From Deltaproteobacteria bacterium (GTDB lineage Bacteria > Myxococcota_A > UBA796 > SXON01), in the NCBI GenBank assembly GCA_947484175.1, contig CANKOI010000001.1:19752-83751 (forward strand): 64,000 bases of DNA. The letters run 5' to 3'. Every line of letters begins with the position of its first letter. The stretch's first letter is position 1. Positions 29,301 to 37,935 of the stretch are shown one piece after another. A program made the translations under genes and the position numbers. Below the pieces are notes generated by a model, which saw only the letters and a list, made by a program, of their open reading frames with translations, ran no database searches and was not told the DNA's origin.

Positions 29301-30668
29301 ATGCTCGTGCTGCTCAGCCTGCTCTCCGCGCTCTCTCCGGCCGTAGGGGACCCGCTCCCCGCTACCGGCACCTGGGCCCCTACTGGCCCACGGTACGTTC
29401 ACTACCGCGCCCTCGCCCAGGCTGAGAGTGCCGCCATCTATGGGCGCCTGGTGGAGCTCTGCGACGGCGCCGGCCACCGCCTCGCCGGCAGCCCCGGCCA
29501 GAAGCGGGCCGAGGAGATCGGCGCCGCTTGGTTGCGGAAGGACGGCCTCAAGGTACTGCTCGATCCCGTGAAGGTGCCCGTGTGGGTGCGGGGTGAAGCG
29601 AGTCTGTCGCTCCTCGGCCAAGTGTCCGAGCCGCTCGATCTCCTCGCGCTCGGAGGCAGCGTGGGCACTGGAGTCGCCGGCGTCGAGGCGCCGATCGTGG
29701 TGATCCGGGAGTTCGACGAGTTGGGGCCGCACGTGAAGGGGAAGATCGTGGTTTACAACCACCCCATGGGGAGCGGCAGCCCCGCCATGCACGAGTACGG
29801 CCCCGCCGTGGCCTTCCGCGGCCGCGGGGCCTCGCGAGCGGCGCAGTTCGGGGCGGTGGCCGTGCTCGTTCGCTCCGTCACGGCCCGCTCGCTGTACACC
29901 CCCCACACCGGGGCACTCAACTACGACCCTGCGTGGCCCAAGGTGCCGGCCGCGGCCATCACGCCCGAAGATGCCGACCGTCTCGAACGGCTCGCCGCAC
30001 GGGGCGAAGTGCATGTCAGGCTGCGGCTCGGGTCGCACACCCTGCCCGACGCCGATGCCGTGAACGTGATCGGCGAGCTGCGGGGCAGCGAACGGCCCGA
30101 CGAGGTGGTGGTGATCGGCGGGCACCTCGACAGCTGGGACGTAGGGCAGGGGGCGAGCGACGACGGCGCCGGCATCGTGGAGTCGGTCGAGGCGCTGCGG
30201 CTCTTGGCGAAGGGGGGGGCGCCGCGGCGCACGGTGCGGGTGGTGCTGTTCGCCAACGAAGAGAACGGCCTGCGGGGGGGGCTGGCCTACGAAGCCGCGC
30301 ACGGCAAGGAGCGCCACGTGGCGGCGATCGAGTCCGACTTAGGGGGTGGAGGCCCGCGAGGATGGGGCGTCGTGGGCTCACCGGCGCAGCACGCCTGGCT
30401 GGACGCCGGCCTGGCGGGCAGCGGGATGAGCCGGAGCGACGAGGGCGGCGGGGCGGACATCTCTCCGCTCACCGACCAGGGCGTTCTCGGCATCGGGCTG
30501 GTGCCCGACCACGCCCACTACTTCGACATACACCACACCCGCGCCGACACCGTCGACAAGATTGATCCGGCCGCACTCGCCGACGCCACCGCCGCACTCG
30601 CCGCACTCCTCGAGTATGTGGCGAACGCCCCCGACGCCCCGCCCGCCGGGCCCGTCAGGGAGAAGTGA
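29301..30668 (+). CDS. M28-family aminopeptidase with PA domain
   Basis: Signal MLVLLSLLSALSPAVG. Zn-ligand motifs GGHLDSWDVGQGASDDGAG and FANEENG. Confidence 0.8.
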   Translation: MLVLLSLLSALSPAVGDPLPATGTWAPTGPRYVHYRALAQAESAAIYGRLVELCDGAGHRLAGSPGQKRAEEIGAAWLRKDGLKVLLDPVKVPVWVRGEASLSLLGQVSEPLDLLALGGSVGTGVAGVEAPIVVIREFDELGPHVKGKIVVYNHPMGSGSPAMHEYGPAVAFRGRGASRAAQFGAVAVLVRSVTARSLYTPHTGALNYDPAWPKVPAAAITPEDADRLERLAARGEVHVRLRLGSHTLPDADAVNVIGELRGSERPDEVVVIGGHLDSWDVGQGASDDGAGIVESVEALRLLAKGGAPRRTVRVVLFANEENGLRGGLAYEAAHGKERHVAAIESDLGGGGPRGWGVVGSPAQHAWLDAGLAGSGMSRSDEGGGADISPLTDQGVLGIGLVPDHAHYFDIHHTRADTVDKIDPAALADATAALAALLEYVANAPDAPPAGPVREK

Positions 30669-32133
30669 ACGACCGATAGAGTTGGGCCGCGTTGCGATCC
30701 ACGCGCGAGGCCCCGAAGGGCAAGGAGCCCGCGTTGTCGGAGAGCCAGCGGCCGAGCGGAGCGGTGGGCGCCAGCGCAGGTAGCGACTCGTCCGGTGGGC
30801 CCTCGGTGGAGCGGAGCGCCCCATGGTCCACCGCCGACCAGCCCGGACGCACAGCGAGCACGGAAGAGCCCGCCTCGTCGGCCCGCAGCCACGAGGAGAG
30901 CAGGGTGCCATCGGGCTGAGTGGTCCACACCACCCAATCCCCTACCGCCGGGCGGCGCTCCACGAGGGCCTCCCACGCATCGCCACCCACAGCAATGGCG
31001 AGCCATCCGCGAAGACCACTGGCGGCCGGCGATTCCAACAGGGCCCCCCAACGTTCGCGGGCGAGCACCCGGTCGCCGGCCTCAGCGGCGTCGAGGAGCT
31101 GAAAAAGTGTGGCGAGCGGAGAGCTTTCGACGAGCCGCTTCGGACAGCCGACGGAGAAGGGGAACGCCCGGACGTCGACACCCGGGGTTTCGAGTACGAA
31201 AGCAAAGCGGCCGGAGCCCTTGCAGTGGCCGGGAACAGCGAGCGGGGCGCGGGTGGTAGCCACTCGAGCGATATGCGACCCCGGCGCGCGCACCAGCGTG
31301 AGGAGGTTGGCTTCTGGCCCGGGAGGGGGGCCGCCCACGAGCGCAGCCAGCGCTGCGCCGGCCGGCGCCACCGAGGTGAGCCGCGCTTGGCCTTCGTCAT
31401 CGTACTCCACGGCCCGCAACGACCACCACTCGCTCGTTACGCCCACGCCTGCGCCGGGCAGGTTCACGCCCACGATCGGGTAGGCGCCAGCGCCAGGCAG
31501 CCCCACGGGCATAACGAGCCGGTCGCCGTCGACCGGCACGGACTCCAAGAGCCGCGGCTCCCCTCCAGCAGTGATCAGGTAGATACCGAGGTTGTTCTGG
31601 ACCACGCTCTCCCAAGCGGCCTCTCGCAGCGGGGATGAAGGGTACCGGCCGATGAATCGCTGAATGGCCTCGGGGGTGCCCGCTCGGGAGGCATCGTCAA
31701 AATCCCACGCCTCGCCCTGCTTCAACGCTTCGCCCACCTGCGGCGCCGCGGGGTAACGATCCACGAAGGCTCGCATCGCTTCGGACGTTCCGTCGGCCTG
31801 CGCGGCGGCAAAGGCCAACTCCGCCACGCGGACCCGCGCCGGACCCGCCGCTACGGCGGCGGGGAAACGAGCAAGGAAGGCCGACCACGACTCGAGGGAG
31901 TCGGCCGCCTTGGCCACGCAGGCCGCCGCGTCCACCCGGATGCGCGAAAGGTCGGCCGCCTCGTCGCCCAGCCCGCCGCGAGCTTCCCAGTCGTCCACGC
32001 GGGCCACGGCCTCCGCACACTTGCCGTCGGTGAGGAGGCGCTGAGCGGTGTCCGACTTACGGGCGTGCGCCGTGCCGGGGCGAAGCAGGGGGAGCACGAG
32101 GACGACGGCGAACAAGGCTGCGACGGCGCGCAT
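30655..32133 (-). CDS. Secreted hypothetical protein (helical-repeat N-terminal half)
   Basis: 492 aa. Signal MRAVAALFAVVLVLPLLRPGTAHA. Converges with and overlaps the M28 gene by 14 nt. Confidence 0.55.
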   Translation of the reverse strand: MRAVAALFAVVLVLPLLRPGTAHARKSDTAQRLLTDGKCAEAVARVDDWEARGGLGDEAADLSRIRVDAAACVAKAADSLESWSAFLARFPAAVAAGPARVRVAELAFAAAQADGTSEAMRAFVDRYPAAPQVGEALKQGEAWDFDDASRAGTPEAIQRFIGRYPSSPLREAAWESVVQNNLGIYLITAGGEPRLLESVPVDGDRLVMPVGLPGAGAYPIVGVNLPGAGVGVTSEWWSLRAVEYDDEGQARLTSVAPAGAALAALVGGPPPGPEANLLTLVRAPGSHIARVATTRAPLAVPGHCKGSGRFAFVLETPGVDVRAFPFSVGCPKRLVESSPLATLFQLLDAAEAGDRVLARERWGALLESPAASGLRGWLAIAVGGDAWEALVERRPAVGDWVVWTTQPDGTLLSSWLRADEAGSSVLAVRPGWSAVDHGALRSTEGPPDESLPALAPTAPLGRWLSDNAGSLPFGASRVDRNAAQLYRSFTSP

Positions 32134-32154
32134 CGGCGCCGCTAACGCGAGGCC

Positions 32155-32790
32155 TCAGCCGCCGCCCACCGCCTTCGCGCGCGCATCGAAGGCATCGATG
32201 AGCGCGGGCAACGTGCTGGAAGCGCCGAACTTGAGTACCGCGGCGGGCAGCCCTTCGGTGGCGCTCCACCATTGGTGGCCCACGATCGTGCCGGTGCCGT
32301 CGGCGCGCACGCTCCACCAGCCTGCGCTCGCACCCTGCCACTCCGACTCGTTTCGCCACGCGGCGATCGTCGCAGCCCAGGGCTCGGGCGCCACTCGCGT
32401 CCAGCAGCTCACAAGCTCGCTTCCCTCCAACTGCCCCTCCACCTTGGCCACGAGCTGGCGGTGGAGCGTGATCGCCCCGAACAGGAAGCCTACGTTGACC
32501 TGAAGGTACATGTGGGAGTCGTTCACCCGCTCCACTAGGTCGTAGCCGAACTGGCTGGGCATCCAGTCGTCTTGGGCTTCGGGGTGGCTCAGCACCTTTC
32601 GCCAGGCATCGACTCCCGCGGCGCTGCGTGAAACGAACCGGACGCCCACCACGGGCACGCCGTCGAGGATGGAGTCGCCAGTCACCACGGTCTTGCCCTT
32701 GCCTGGCAACGGCGTGCTCGGCTCGGGAAGCACCCGGTACAGGGGCGAAGCGCAGGCGGCGGCGAAAGCAGCGGCGATGACGACCAACAT
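32155..32790 (-). CDS. Hypothetical lipoprotein (possibly SRPBCC/START-like)
   Basis: In-frame ATG 32790 gives MLVVIAAAFAAAC lipobox. The upstream part of the track ORF is Arg-rich. Confidence 0.5.
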   Translation of the reverse strand: MLVVIAAAFAAACASPLYRVLPEPSTPLPGKGKTVVTGDSILDGVPVVGVRFVSRSAAGVDAWRKVLSHPEAQDDWMPSQFGYDLVERVNDSHMYLQVNVGFLFGAITLHRQLVAKVEGQLEGSELVSCWTRVAPEPWAATIAAWRNESEWQGASAGWWSVRADGTGTIVGHQWWSATEGLPAAVLKFGASSTLPALIDAFDARAKAVGGG

Positions 32791-32828
32791 GGGGCGGCAT
32801 TCTACCGCGGCGAGCATAGGTTCGCCGG

Positions 32829-33854
32829 ATGAACACCCCCGTCGTCCAGCGCACCATTCCGTTGCCCCCACCGCCCTGGCCCACCCTCGACCCCTTCCTC
32901 TTCTGCGTGCATCACGACGACACGTACCCCCGTGGCAACGAGAAGCTCGGACCGGCCGCATCTCTGGAGGGCAGGGCGCTCGGCCAAGATTTCGCGGAAA
33001 AGGACGGCTGGCGGATGTACCACGGCCAGCGCGTTCCCGGCTTTCCCAGCCACCCTCATCGCGGATTCGAAACCGTCACGCTCGCGCGGCGGGGGCTCAT
33101 TGATCACTCCGACTCCATGGGTGCCACGGCGCGATTCGGGGGCGGCGACGCGCAGTGGATGACGGCCGGCGGCGGTGTGGTGCACAGCGAGATGTTCCCG
33201 CTCGTGAATTCCGAGACCGGCAACCCCACCGAACTCTTCCAGATCTGGCTGAACCTGCCCTCGCGCAGCAAGCGGGTGAAACCCTATTTTGCGATGCTGT
33301 GGAACGACGAGATCCCCCACGTGGTCGTCGAAACCGGAGGGGCGTTCGCGGAGGCCCGAGTAGTGTCCGGACATCTCGGCGGCGCCCATGCCCCGGCCTG
33401 CCCTCCCGACAGTTGGGCCGCCGATCCTCAGAACGACGTGACGATCGCCACCCTGAAGCTCGAAGCCGGCGCGGCCTTCACGTTGCCCCCCGCGCTCGTT
33501 GGTGTTCAGCGGGTCCTCTACTTCTTCGCGGGCACCCAGCTCCGCATCAATGGCCATGCCGCACCGGCGCGCCATGCTCTCCAGCTCTTGGCCAGCGAAC
33601 CAGCGGAGCTGGTGGCGGCCGACGCCTGTGAGCTGCTGGTGCTCCAGGGGCGCCCCATCGGGGAGCCGGTCTGCCAGCACGGCCCGTTCGTCATGAACAC
33701 CCAGAGCGAGGTGCAGCAGGCGTTCGCCGACTACCGCCGCACCCAATTCGGCGGCTGGCCGTGGCCGTCGCCCGAGCCGGTCCACGCGGCCAGCGAAGGC
33801 CGCTTCGCCAAGCACGCCGACGGGCGGGTGGAGCGCCCGGCTAGCTTGGTTTGA
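32829..33854 (+). CDS. Pirin-family protein
   Basis: Cupin metal motif HPHRGFETVT; overall length and bicupin pattern. Confidence 0.85.
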   Translation: MNTPVVQRTIPLPPPPWPTLDPFLFCVHHDDTYPRGNEKLGPAASLEGRALGQDFAEKDGWRMYHGQRVPGFPSHPHRGFETVTLARRGLIDHSDSMGATARFGGGDAQWMTAGGGVVHSEMFPLVNSETGNPTELFQIWLNLPSRSKRVKPYFAMLWNDEIPHVVVETGGAFAEARVVSGHLGGAHAPACPPDSWAADPQNDVTIATLKLEAGAAFTLPPALVGVQRVLYFFAGTQLRINGHAAPARHALQLLASEPAELVAADACELLVLQGRPIGEPVCQHGPFVMNTQSEVQQAFADYRRTQFGGWPWPSPEPVHAASEGRFAKHADGRVERPASLV

Positions 33855-35778
33855 AGCCCGAGTAGACCACCCACCGCCAACAGTCACGGATCGCCCCCGT
33901 GGGGGAGATTTCAAAGGGGTGGATAGCGCGAACCTCCGCGGGACAGTGGTGGTAGAGGTCCCGGATCTGGTGCCGGTGCAACAGGGGGGTTTCCCAGGTG
34001 GCAATCCAATTGTCGATGTCCTCCCACTGCAAGTATTCTTGCTTGGAGAGGTTCACGAACCCCGCCTGTTCCAGCAGCGCGCGCACATCTTCGTCGTAGA
34101 GGTTGTTCACGAACAGGGGCTGTTTCTTCTTCACCACCTGAAACATCCAGGGTCCGTCTACCGCGCCGAAGGGCACCCACTGCCCCACCACGAACTGGCC
34201 ACCGGGCTTGAGCACGCGGAAGATCTCAGCCAGCGGTCGCTCGGGTTGCGGCAGCAGATGCAGCACCTCGCGGTTGCACACGCCATCGAAGCTCGCCTCC
34301 GGGAAAGGGATGTCGTACACATCCCCTAAGACGACCTCGTCGAGACGCTTTCGCGAGAGGGCCACCATCTCCGGCGTGAGGTCGAGCCCCACGATGCGCC
34401 CCACCTTGCCACGGAAGCTTGCCCCGACCACGCCCGAGCCGCAGCACACGTCGAGGAGCACGGCGTCGTCGGCGAGTTGGCTGGAGCCGCCGTGCATCGC
34501 GAGCAGCCCGGCGTTGGTGATCCAGTCGGCCGAGGTGTGCCAGGTCTTCGACCGGATGCCGAATTGCTGCCGGTAGATTTCTTTGTCGACGAGGTGCTCC
34601 ACACGCTCGTACCGAGCGCGCTCGCTGGCCCGCCGCGAAGCGAGGCGGGCACGCCCGGCTTCGACGGCCCGCCCCACGACCGCTGCGGCGTCCGCCGGGT
34701 TGGCGCGCAGCCACGCCGCGAGGGCGACCCCGACCGCCGACTCCACGGCGCGCCCCGCGGGGGGGTCTAGCAGGCGGGTCTTGGTCTGCCCTTCGAAGTG
34801 GGGGTCGGGCATGCGCACCGACAGCACCGCCACGAGGCCCTCGAGGGTGTCGTTCACCTCCAGCGGCTCGGTGCTGTCCAGCAGCCGGGCCTCACGGGCA
34901 TAGCGGGTGAGCGCCTGCCCCACGGCCGCGCGCAGGCCGTCGGCGTGGGCGCCCCCGAGCGGGGTGTACACGTGGTTCACGAAACCCTGAAAGTTCTCGG
35001 CGAAGGCTCGGGTCCACAACAACGCAGCAGACACCTCGTGAGGACCGACCGTCGCCGCCACCGACACCGGCCGGGCGTGCACCCGCTCTTGCCCTTCCGC
35101 CAGCCACGCCGCGAAGCCCGCGATGCCCTCGTCGGAGGAGAAGGTCACTTCGCCGGCGGGGCTCACCAGCCGACAGGACAATCCCGAGCTGAGCCAGCTC
35201 TGGCAGCGCAGCCAGCGCTCCACCGCACCCACGTCGGCGCGCGCGCGCCCGAACACCGCTGGGTCGGCCCGGAAGCGCACCGTAGTGCCCGAACGCGCGG
35301 CGTCTCCCACGCGCACAAAGGGCTCAACGGCGAGCCCTTGGGCCCAGCGGCCGCGCCAGCGACCGCCCTCGCGGCACACCTCCAACTCGAAGGTGGCGGA
35401 GAGCGCGTTCACGCAGGTGAGGCCCACGCCGTGGAGTCCGCCCGGCAGGCGGTAGGCGCCTTCCTGAAATTTCCCGCCCGCGTGCAGCTCCGTGACGAGC
35501 ACTTCCGGGATGCGCATTCCCGTGGGCGGGTACACCTCCACCGGAATGCCGCGCCCGTTGTCACTCACCGCCCACTCGTCGTCCAACCCGAGCACGACGT
35601 GCACTTCGGTGGCCTGCCCGGCGAGCGCTTCGTCGAGCGCGTTCTGGAGCACCTCGATCACCAGCTGCATCACGCCGTCGGGGCCGGTGGAGCCGACGTA
35701 CATCGCCGGCCTCATCCTCACCGCCGCCAGCCCCTTCAGAACAACGATGCTGTCTGCATCGTAGCGCATCTCACCCAT
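33841..35778 (-). CDS. Fusion protein: GyrB-type GHKL ATPase + transducer (43K fragment) fused to a class I SAM-dependent methyltransferase; no TOPRIM/C-terminal domain
   Basis: N-terminus YDADSIVVLKGLAAVRMRPAMYVG, IEVLQNALDEALAG, SDNGRGIP, LHAGGKF, GGLHGVG, FEGQTKTRL, colinear with E. coli GyrB residues about 5-390. From about residue 440, MTase motif I LLDVCCGSGVVG, LDLTPEMV, VLKPGGQFVV. Confidence 0.8.
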   Translation of the reverse strand: MGEMRYDADSIVVLKGLAAVRMRPAMYVGSTGPDGVMQLVIEVLQNALDEALAGQATEVHVVLGLDDEWAVSDNGRGIPVEVYPPTGMRIPEVLVTELHAGGKFQEGAYRLPGGLHGVGLTCVNALSATFELEVCREGGRWRGRWAQGLAVEPFVRVGDAARSGTTVRFRADPAVFGRARADVGAVERWLRCQSWLSSGLSCRLVSPAGEVTFSSDEGIAGFAAWLAEGQERVHARPVSVAATVGPHEVSAALLWTRAFAENFQGFVNHVYTPLGGAHADGLRAAVGQALTRYAREARLLDSTEPLEVNDTLEGLVAVLSVRMPDPHFEGQTKTRLLDPPAGRAVESAVGVALAAWLRANPADAAAVVGRAVEAGRARLASRRASERARYERVEHLVDKEIYRQQFGIRSKTWHTSADWITNAGLLAMHGGSSQLADDAVLLDVCCGSGVVGASFRGKVGRIVGLDLTPEMVALSRKRLDEVVLGDVYDIPFPEASFDGVCNREVLHLLPQPERPLAEIFRVLKPGGQFVVGQWVPFGAVDGPWMFQVVKKKQPLFVNNLYDEDVRALLEQAGFVNLSKQEYLQWEDIDNWIATWETPLLHRHQIRDLYHHCPAEVRAIHPFEISPTGAIRDCWRWVVYSGFKPS

Positions 35779-36235
35779 CCACCGACTCCGCCCGCAGCGC
35801 CGCGATGCGCGCCGCGTGGAACACCCGCAGGCGGCTCACACTCTCAAACCAGCTCCCGATGTCGGAGAACCCCTCGCGTCGGGCCGTGGTGGCCCTCGCC
35901 CCCTGCGCCTCGGCGTCCCGGTCGTAGAACTTCTCCAAGACGGCGAGGTTTTCGCTGGTCGTGCCCGCCCGTGCCCCGAGCAGCGCCTCTCGCGATCTTA
36001 AGAGCAGATCGAGCGTGGTGCTGGCGTTGAGCGCATGCTGTTCGGCCATCTCCCGAAGCGCCCGAGAGGCTTCGCTGCGCCCCTCGATCTCCGCGATGCG
36101 GGCAAACCAGGCGCATTCGGTGGAGGCCACCGCTTCGTCGCGGAGCGCGGCTTCGAGGTGCTCGCGGGTGAGCGCGTCGTCGAGGCGGGGCGCGGCCGAA
36201 CGGGCCGGCGCCGCCGAGGGGGAAGGATCAGGCAT
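35771..36235 (-). CDS. Ferritin/rubrerythrin-like four-helix-bundle protein (metal ligands partly degenerate)
   Basis: 154 aa. Two-fold pattern TREHLEAAL..EA....FARIAEIEG....EMAEQH and TSENLAVLE..ARREGF....ESVSRLRVFH resembling rubrerythrin halves. 8-nt overlap with the downstream gene. Confidence 0.5.
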   Translation of the reverse strand: MPDPSPSAAPARSAAPRLDDALTREHLEAALRDEAVASTECAWFARIAEIEGRSEASRALREMAEQHALNASTTLDLLLRSREALLGARAGTTSENLAVLEKFYDRDAEAQGARATTARREGFSDIGSWFESVSRLRVFHAARIAALRAESVDG

Positions 36236-36240
36236 GGGGT

Positions 36241-37857
36241 TCAGACCGAGACGCTGAACTCGCGCTCGTTCACGCGGCTGAGGGTCACCCCTTCTCCCGC
36301 GGCATAGAGCCCGCGGTAGGCCAGAGCCCCTGGGTCGATGACGCCGCCGGCGCTCGCGAAGGACGCGCGCCAGTCGGTGGTCGGTTCGGGGTCGTAGTAG
36401 GCGAAGTGCTCGGGGAAGTGCTGGAAGTCCATCACCGGCCCGGGCTGGTAGCTATCGTAGAGCCGCTTGTAGCTGCGCCGCATCTTCTCTTCGGGCAGCC
36501 GGTTGTAGTTGATGAACTCGTCGCGTTCGAGCGCCTGCTCCACGGCCAGCCAACGCAGGTGCTCCACTTCGTCGCGGATGGCGCCACTTTGCAGCGAGTC
36601 CCGGTAGACCGTGGTGCCGGGCATGGCCGACAGGTACTTCACGCGCGTGATGTGGTGGTTGTCTTCCGCCCACTCACACATGTGGTCGAGCGAGCCTTCG
36701 TCCTCCTCGGGCAGGCCGACGATCGTGAGGCCGCCGTAGCGCACGCCTGCGTCCCACGTGTTTTTCATCGCCTTGTAGACCAAGTTCTCCGTGCTCCCCT
36801 TCCGGGCCATCTTGAGCGCCGCCTTGCCCAGAGACTCCACGCCGTAAAGCGCGATGTCGCAGCCCGCCGTGCCCATCGCGGCCGCCACTTCCGCGTCCAC
36901 ATCGGCGTTGCGGGTGAGACAGGTCCAACGCAGGTCCTGATCCCGAATCACGTCGAGGTATTCCAAGGTCTGCGGCTTGTGCGCGGTGAAGGTGAGGTCG
37001 ACGAAGAAGACAAAGTCGATGTCGTACTTCCGCTTGTACTCCGCCAGCTCGGCGTGCAACTTCTGCGGACTCTTCACGCGCTCCTGAGGGGTGGTGCGGT
37101 AGCAGAAGGAGCAGTCCATCTTGCAGCCGCGGCTGTAGCTGGCGATGATCTGCTTTTGGAGCCCGCGTGGGTCGCGCGACTGTGGCCAGAGATCGAGGTT
37201 CATCGCAGGCAACGAATCCAGGTTGGGCATCTGTCCGCGCGGCGCGGTCTGATGCACGGCGCCTTGGGCATCACGGAACCAGATTCCCTTGATCTCGGGC
37301 AGCCGCGCGCCCCACAGCCCGCTGGCGAAGGCCTCCATCACCTCGAGGATGGTGAGCTCACCCTCGGAGATCACGGCCACGTCGGCCGCCGTTTCGCGCA
37401 TGAAGACGTGGGGCACCGACGTGACGAGCGAACCTCCCAACACGATCGGGAGCCGCGGGCGCGATGCCTTCACCTCGCGGATCAGCTGCTCCAAGAAGGG
37501 GTAGCAGTCCTCGTAGGTGGCGAGCCCCAGGATGTCGCAGCCCTCCATGATCTGGCGGTAGGCCGACTCCAACGGCGCGCGGTCGTACCGAACATCGATG
37601 ATCCGCACCGGGTAGCCGGCGTTGTGAAGCACGGTGGCGATGTACGAAATGCCCTCGTACGGGGAGGTGAGAAAGAACTCCCAGCCGCGGGGCATGGTGA
37701 ACGGTGAGGGGCCCACGACGAGCGCGATGCTGGGCAGCTGCCGATTGGTGGAAACGGGACTGGCGGCCTGCTGGGCCATCAGGTCCATCAGCTGCTGATC
37801 GGTGCGACCGTTGGCCACGGCGTACAGGGCGGGGTCGAGCGAAGGGACGTAGGCCAA
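36241..37857 (-). CDS. B12-binding-domain radical SAM protein (class B type)
   Basis: TTG start at 37857 preceded by GAGGAG with a 5-nt spacer. N-terminal Rossmann-like B12 domain (IALVVGP..GISYIATVL..DILGL). CxxxCxxC as RGCKMDCSFCY. No SPASM Cys clusters. Confidence 0.8.
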   Translation of the reverse strand: MAYVPSLDPALYAVANGRTDQQLMDLMAQQAASPVSTNRQLPSIALVVGPSPFTMPRGWEFFLTSPYEGISYIATVLHNAGYPVRIIDVRYDRAPLESAYRQIMEGCDILGLATYEDCYPFLEQLIREVKASRPRLPIVLGGSLVTSVPHVFMRETAADVAVISEGELTILEVMEAFASGLWGARLPEIKGIWFRDAQGAVHQTAPRGQMPNLDSLPAMNLDLWPQSRDPRGLQKQIIASYSRGCKMDCSFCYRTTPQERVKSPQKLHAELAEYKRKYDIDFVFFVDLTFTAHKPQTLEYLDVIRDQDLRWTCLTRNADVDAEVAAAMGTAGCDIALYGVESLGKAALKMARKGSTENLVYKAMKNTWDAGVRYGGLTIVGLPEEDEGSLDHMCEWAEDNHHITRVKYLSAMPGTTVYRDSLQSGAIRDEVEHLRWLAVEQALERDEFINYNRLPEEKMRRSYKRLYDSYQPGPVMDFQHFPEHFAYYDPEPTTDWRASFASAGGVIDPGALAYRGLYAAGEGVTLSRVNEREFSVSV

Positions 37858-37935
37858 TGAGACTCCTCAGCCAAGCTGAGTGGAAGCGTACCGGTCGGCC
37901 CCGCGGCCGTCAACCCGATCCGCGCTGGAGCGGCC

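Noticed and set aside
33841-35778. Calling this gene gyrB (or parE)
   Set aside because: Only the ATPase and transducer domains are present. TOPRIM (E-G-D-S-A-G, DxD) and the GyrA-binding tail are absent and replaced by a methyltransferase domain.
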